DNA of 63,940 bases, the filler included, from an uncultured bacterium (GTDB taxonomy: Bacteria; Hinthialibacterota; Hinthialibacteria; Hinthialibacterales; Hinthialibacteraceae), in assembly GCA_964449065.1 (NCBI GenBank). It is 6 parts of 6 records of this genome, joined end to end, with 100 filler letters (N's around TTAATTAATTAA, not from the genome) between each part and the next. Parts side by side here need not be neighbours in the genome. Positions count along the whole stretch, not along the records: positions 54,949 to 63,940 come from CAYVAZ010000207.1; 5 more parts are not named here. One strand, 5' to 3'. Position numbers and translations under genes: made by a program. The notes beneath the pieces were generated by a model. The model made no database searches, was not told the DNA's origin, and saw only the letters and a list, made by a program, of their open reading frames with translations. Shown here piece by piece: positions 59,801 to 63,940 of the stretch; positions within the stretch are counted from its first letter, which is position 1, and every line of letters begins with the position of its first letter.

Positions 59801-62250
59801 TCTGTAATCCCGCCGCCGGTAAAGCTCTCAAAGTCCGGATGCTCTTGCTTGAAGTCGCGAATCACACCGGTTAATGCGATCCGGTGAGGCGGCGGCATAA
59901 CCGTTGGCGTCTCAGTCGGTGTTTCGGTTGGGGTTTCCGTAGGAACAACCGTTGGTGTAGGAGTCGCGGTTGGCGTTGGTGGTACGGGCATATCCGGCAT
60001 GGTGACCGCGTATATTTTAATGTTATCGATTCCCCAACTCTCATCCGCGATACCCTGCAATCCTTCGGCGTTAAAATCAATCGTTACGGATTCACCATCA
60101 TGCGCGGCGATGGCATTCACACAATACACCGCATCCATCGGCTCTTCATTAAAGGCATAGCCCAAGGTATTGTTTTCCACGGCCAAAAAGGTTCCTTTAA
60201 AATCACCCGTTGGATACTGTCGCGGATAGGATTGCAAAAACTCCCCTTCCACATAACTGTTCTGATACGAACCGTTATCGTTGCTGAATGTTGTGGTATA
60301 GAAAGCGGGTTGATCACTCAAATTGATGCTGAAAACGTCCGGGCCAAGATTCTCTGTGTCCCGGTTGCCGTCCCATGAGCGGATGGCGTAAAAATCAAAA
60401 CGCAGCGCCAAATAATCATGCTCAGGGAGGTTATCCAAACTCAGCGAAACGGTGCCGTTATTGAATTCACCCAAAAACGCATTGCCTTGATTTGGCGTTT
60501 CACTGCGTGTCCCGTCTGACCACTCGTTGCTGACGGCTTCTTCAAAATCATGCGCGTATACCCTGTTGGCTAAATCATTTTCAATCACGGGATCCTCAAA
60601 CGTCCCCACAGCGGTCGCCCCGGTTTCATCCGATGTTACGGCCACGCCAACATAAACCGCGTCATTCATCGGAACGCGGGCGGTTCCCACGATCTTTTCA
60701 TTGCCCATAAAGTCAACCTGAATCACAACAAACACATCATCCATGCGCTGCAAGCAGATTTTGCGTCCCACGGTCGGATCATTGAGCGGATTGTTCTCGA
60801 TACTCGGCGCCAATTCCAATTCCGTTACCGCACGCGCGCCTTTTTGCTTTCTATAGTGCAAGCTGACCAACGTATCGATGGGACGAATATTGGCAAACAC
60901 ATATTGCGAATCCGGGTTCAAATTGTTCCGCACCATGATCCCCATCCGTGCGAATGGGCTTTTGGTGGGATTGGCGCCATCCGCTTTAATTTGCGGATTG
61001 GTAATCGTCATTTTAAAATCGCCTTCAACTTCTTGAAACAAATAATGCAGGTGATCGTTGGTTTCTTCCGCGCCTTGACCGCTGCCCGTCACACTGTATT
61101 CGTTGCCAACCTGAAAGGCTCCGCCGGCCGCGCCGGGTTCGCCGATATCCATGTGGCCGCTAAACATGCCCACTCCAGGAAAGACCAAATTCAGTTTGCT
61201 GTCGCCGCTGATTTCTACATCTTCAACTGATCCAACCCATTCCGGGTCGCGCAGTGGAATCGCGGGGGCTTGCGCGGTATATTCCAATACCGTGGTGCCG
61301 GTGGCCGCTTCGATATTCCAGGAGATTGATCCATTTTCGAATAACCCGTCATGGCTGATGTTTGTTGCGTTCCATCCTTGCGGCAATTGTTCCGTTACGG
61401 TCCATGCTTGCGCGGCGTCACCGGAATTAATCACCTCAATCCCGGTATCGATGCTGTCGTTCGCGATAAAAAAGTTTTGGGAGAAATGGCGAACAGAAGC
61501 GGGCTTAACGACCGGCTGCACGTTCTGCAAAATGATGCCGGTTTGAATACGCAGAAAAGATTCAGAAGTATGGCGTTCGGCAAAAAAGATATCCAGCGAA
61601 TAGGTTTCACCCACTTCCAATCCCAAATCTCCGGTGTTGATGGTAATTTCTTCGTTGGCATGAATGCCGCCCAAATCGGCGGCCAGTTTTCCGTCAACAA
61701 ACACGAATAAATCGTCATCGCTGATAAAGGTTAAATCCTGCGGGACAACATAGGTGAACTCGGTGTTCAATTCATAGGTAAAGTGATAGTTGTGAACCCG
61801 TTCTTGGTTGCCGAAGAGAAGCCCATCGATTGGGAAGAATAAATCGTTCTCAAAGGTATAAACCGGAGGCTCATTTTCCGCGCCCGGCTCCCGTTCCATA
61901 ATGATTTCGAAGGGTTCCGCCATATTCACACCTTTGACATCACGGTACCACTGCGAAAAGCTTTGCGGACTCTCAATCGATTTCAATTCCGCGTTGGGAT
62001 CAATCGCGGGCTTGCCGTCGGCATCCAGCTCCGGCAGCACCATTCCAGGATTCAACCCGCGTTCTTCCGGTGTAACAGAACGTTCAAAATCAGGATGATC
62101 ATCGGTAAAATCCCGAACGGTCCCCCATAAAACAATAAAGTCAGGGTTATCACTGGAAAATGTAACTTCTTGACTGTAAGAAGCGTGTGAAAATACGATA
62201 AAAATTGCTGTCAATACTGCGGTTAGGGTGCTAAAAACGTTTGCCTTCAT
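56875..62250 (-). CDS. Large secreted multidomain protein: 2x fibro-slime/PA14, Pro/Thr linkers, cohesin-dockerin-cohesin, FG-GAP-like repeats
   Basis: RDF...HPDFE, FFPID, HN.HFTYEL, SDDD..VF, FAERHT twice; GDVDRNNRITARDA dockerin; VTVPV..FDMRYD cohesin; DLDGDG repeats; start at MKANV. Confidence 0.85.
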   Translation of the reverse strand: MKANVFSTLTAVLTAIFIVFSHASYSQEVTFSSDNPDFIVLWGTVRDFTDDHPDFERSVTPEERGLNPGMVLPELDADGKPAIDPNAELKSIESPQSFSQWYRDVKGVNMAEPFEIIMEREPGAENEPPVYTFENDLFFPIDGLLFGNQERVHNYHFTYELNTEFTYVVPQDLTFISDDDLFVFVDGKLAADLGGIHANEEITINTGDLGLEVGETYSLDIFFAERHTSESFLRIQTGIILQNVQPVVKPASVRHFSQNFFIANDSIDTGIEVINSGDAAQAWTVTEQLPQGWNATNISHDGLFENGSISWNIEAATGTTVLEYTAQAPAIPLRDPEWVGSVEDVEISGDSKLNLVFPGVGMFSGHMDIGEPGAAGGAFQVGNEYSVTGSGQGAEETNDHLHYLFQEVEGDFKMTITNPQIKADGANPTKSPFARMGIMVRNNLNPDSQYVFANIRPIDTLVSLHYRKQKGARAVTELELAPSIENNPLNDPTVGRKICLQRMDDVFVVIQVDFMGNEKIVGTARVPMNDAVYVGVAVTSDETGATAVGTFEDPVIENDLANRVYAHDFEEAVSNEWSDGTRSETPNQGNAFLGEFNNGTVSLSLDNLPEHDYLALRFDFYAIRSWDGNRDTENLGPDVFSINLSDQPAFYTTTFSNDNGSYQNSYVEGEFLQSYPRQYPTGDFKGTFLAVENNTLGYAFNEEPMDAVYCVNAIAAHDGESVTIDFNAEGLQGIADESWGIDNIKIYAVTMPDMPVPPTPTATPTPTVVPTETPTETPTETPTVMPPPHRIALTGVIRDFKQEHPDFESFTGGGITEGIVLKQLSEDRKPVYNPRQNQKMVSGEDSFNQWYRRTPGVNRSQLHTITLERVNDQTTTMPMYRYDADMFFPIDDQLWGNEGNAHNFHFTYELHAAFQYTHPTELTVSSDDDMWVFINGQLVMDLGGAHSEQELSINIGDLGFRPNQLNILSIFYAERHTNNSRFSITTGLRLTSFNVPDITVTPVPPTATATPTVTPRPATPRPTIQPTPRPTQPPSAQFAVGGGEFNVGTNGTVEVPVFVQNLPSTKAITFELHYDKGKMDWNNKFSKNGTMLEAWNSVDVVEFTRGKLRVTAAAFNKNGIEGSGTLIELGFRMKSNQFGQSTEIQPRNLRDGLRNAKALNITVQMGMKGDVDRNNRITARDAQDGFNIASGRKKPSDYQEWAAEVNGDRRITAMDAQHIFEASLGRVDLNALSSRQKTNTSSGGIRLYSANHTMTVGSMDAETGDTVTVPVHLRNTEEVIALIFDMRYDPNSLEFLRADLGGTLLENFGVADGYETTAGSIRVSAAAFASDPVITSGVLINLMFRVKDAAAGSTELAIVATGDDLADAVTVDGRIDISSTVSSAPIDEVIITQGIGGKNLINIRNFDRDAGAISAIRRAFNGLAGRFFEAVGGGDGRATYTSTGDLDGDGSQDMVLSFGHITQPALFPNIVVVRNLETGRVVGHSFEAFPTGSGSEVQYNGGEIRTAIGDFTGSGVPQIAAAQGRGGKGVVRLFQYTGQAAPNGWQVVGQFTGLAGPAATGNANGGLTLAAADLDGDGKDELLVGQSNSETSLTIFHTLDINADGGVEARHPYAGFPEPYRGNGGIELTTADLDGDGSLEIIAASKGNSRDHNSARDTAPLSLISVMRANVSNNSITGFERVAGGILNVWSEDINPSGALSISAAELTGDSSDGTELVVGTGSLERISGFDVEAVLSAPESRFRLIKLNTGADGSISGIANVFAGNKGLPAYVGGLNPDSGAVFLSATNIN

Positions 62251-62581
62251 GATACTCTCCCGTGTTTTATAATATTCCTTACTTATGATAGTAAACATTC
62301 GAAAGATAGTAATGACCGGAAAAACTGTCAACAAAAAATCGGTGTTGATACGGTTTTTGCAATAATTATTTACAAAAAAAGTCATGGTAATTAAGAATAA
62401 GCGTAGGATTGGTCCGCTTGGTTCAAAATTATAAAACTTATGTTTTTAACTTATGGAGCAATGACTTGTCATTACTTATCTTCTGTATCCGACAGCTCAC
62501 TTGATAGATACACAACCGTTTTACATATCTTATCCCGAAGATACACTATCCCGTTTTACGATAAAGAATTAGGAGCGAATC

Positions 62582-63682
62582 ATGGCGCTGAGCATCGGCA
62601 TTGTCGGCCTGCCCAATGTGGGCAAAAGCACAACCTTTAACGCACTTACAAAGCAGCAGAACGCCGAAGCGGCGAACTACCCCTTCTGCACCATTGAACC
62701 CAACAAAGCCATCGTTCCGGTGCCCGATGACCGCCTGCCCGTGCTCAAAAAAATCGCCAAAACCAACACCGTTATCCCCGCCACGGTTGAATTTGTTGAT
62801 ATCGCCGGGCTGGTCAAAGGCGCCAGCAAGGGCGAAGGCCTGGGCAACCAGTTTTTGGGCAATATCCGTGAAACCGCCGCCATCGTCCACATCGTGCGCT
62901 GCTTTGATGATGAAAACGTCGTCCACGTCAACGCGCACCCCGAACCCAAGAACGACATCGAAGTCATCAACACCGAACTTATTCTCGCCGATATGCAGGG
63001 GCTCGAAAAGAAAATTCAACGGCTGGAAAAGAATGTCAAAGGCGACAAAAAACTCCAACCGCAGCTCGATATCGCCCTAAAACTGCAACAGCACTTCGAG
63101 GCCGGAGAACCCGCCCTGTCCTTCAAAGAGAAGGACGATGACCATTACATCGACCTCAACAAAGAGATGCGCTTTTTAACCGGCAAAACCGTCATCTTCG
63201 TCGCCAATGTCGATGAAGACGGCCTGGGCGAAGACAACCAATATGTGCGGGAAGTAAAAGAGTATGCCGACTCGCAAGGTTCGATCGTCATCAAACTCTG
63301 CGCCAAGTTTGAAGAAGAAATGGCGGGCATGAGCGACGAAGAACGCCAAGAGTTTTTAGAGAGCATGAGCGTGGAAGAAGACGGGCTCCATAAAGTCATT
63401 CACCAAGGCTACAAAGCATTGGGATTGTGCAACTACTTCACCGCGGGAGAAAAAGAAGTCCGCTCTTGGACCATACAAGAAGGCTGGACCGCCCCCAAAG
63501 CCGCCGGGGTCATTCACAACGACTTTGAAAAAGGCTTTATCCGCGCTGAGGTGATCTCGTATGATGATTATGTGGAATGCCAAGGCGAAGCCGGCGCCAA
63601 AGCCGCCGGCAAAATGCGCGTCGAAGGCAAAGACTACATCGTCCAGGAAGGCGATGTGATGCACTTTCGGTTTAGTGCTTAG
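62582..63682 (+). CDS. ychF: Redox-regulated ATPase YchF
   Basis: GIVGLPNVGKST, NYPFCTIEPN, DIAGLVKGASKGEGLGNQFL, GFIRAEV, EGKDYIVQEGDV. Confidence 0.98.
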   Translation: MALSIGIVGLPNVGKSTTFNALTKQQNAEAANYPFCTIEPNKAIVPVPDDRLPVLKKIAKTNTVIPATVEFVDIAGLVKGASKGEGLGNQFLGNIRETAAIVHIVRCFDDENVVHVNAHPEPKNDIEVINTELILADMQGLEKKIQRLEKNVKGDKKLQPQLDIALKLQQHFEAGEPALSFKEKDDDHYIDLNKEMRFLTGKTVIFVANVDEDGLGEDNQYVREVKEYADSQGSIVIKLCAKFEEEMAGMSDEERQEFLESMSVEEDGLHKVIHQGYKALGLCNYFTAGEKEVRSWTIQEGWTAPKAAGVIHNDFEKGFIRAEVISYDDYVECQGEAGAKAAGKMRVEGKDYIVQEGDVMHFRFSA

Positions 63683-63765
63683 ATGAATATGCAATCATGA
63701 AAAATAGCAATGCGAGTGAAAGCCATTTCAAAATTGCATTGACTATCAACAATATTATTAGAGTT

Positions 63766-63869
63766 ATTAACTCATGTTACGCACTACATTATGATATACC
63801 CGTTTTTCTAATTGATCGCTGAATCTATCGCCCTCGTCCACCGGGAAAGGGACGGGGTGAGGGTTCAAG
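63766..63869. repeat. ~100-bp MITE-like repeat
   Basis: Homologous to 54744-54848, 43972-44075 (rc) and 10850-10904. Confidence 0.85.
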
Positions 63870-63940
63870 AGGAATATACCTCTATTTACGCTACTGCGTC
63901 ATAGGGAGCAATCGCTCTCATCGCCCTCATCTCTTATCTT

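Overview
This window is not one contiguous locus. It is six unrelated draft contigs joined by five identical 100-bp linkers (44 N + TTAATTAATTAA + 44 N). The four complete contigs are 10899, 10885, 10883 and 10877 bp, i.e. sorted by length, so gene neighbourhoods only mean something within a contig. The content fits a diderm, planctomycete-like environmental bacterium: PSD1/cytochrome c protein, expanded prepilin-like proteins, cohesin/dockerin/FG-GAP surface protein. A candidate-phylum lineage such as Hinthialibacterota/Sumerlaeota is my guess only. Housekeeping genes: accD, trpBA, trmB, panE, dacB, mtnBDC, trxB, mlaEFD, ychF. Accessory genes: an ATPase+DUF4276 pair inserted into trpBA-accD, two vapBC, HEPN-MNT-MNT, higB-higA(IrrE) beside an hsdS remnant, and a RAMA-domain gene. 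Best leads: (1) a 4.5-kb integrase-less BlaI/M56/prepilin/secreted-protein cassette flanked by an 87-bp duplication of the 3' end of a metazoan-like thioester alpha-2-macroglobulin gene, with a shared 14-bp palindromic operator; (2) an unannotated ~170-nt putative sigma54-driven sRNA with two alternative folds; (3) a PilO-like protein carrying a LamG domain and two Gly/Met tracts; (4) a trans-envelope-type MlaD; (5) several REP/MITE-like repeat families at gene ends and contig breaks. No rRNA, tRNA or CRISPR array was recognised. All family calls come from motif recognition by eye, not database searches.
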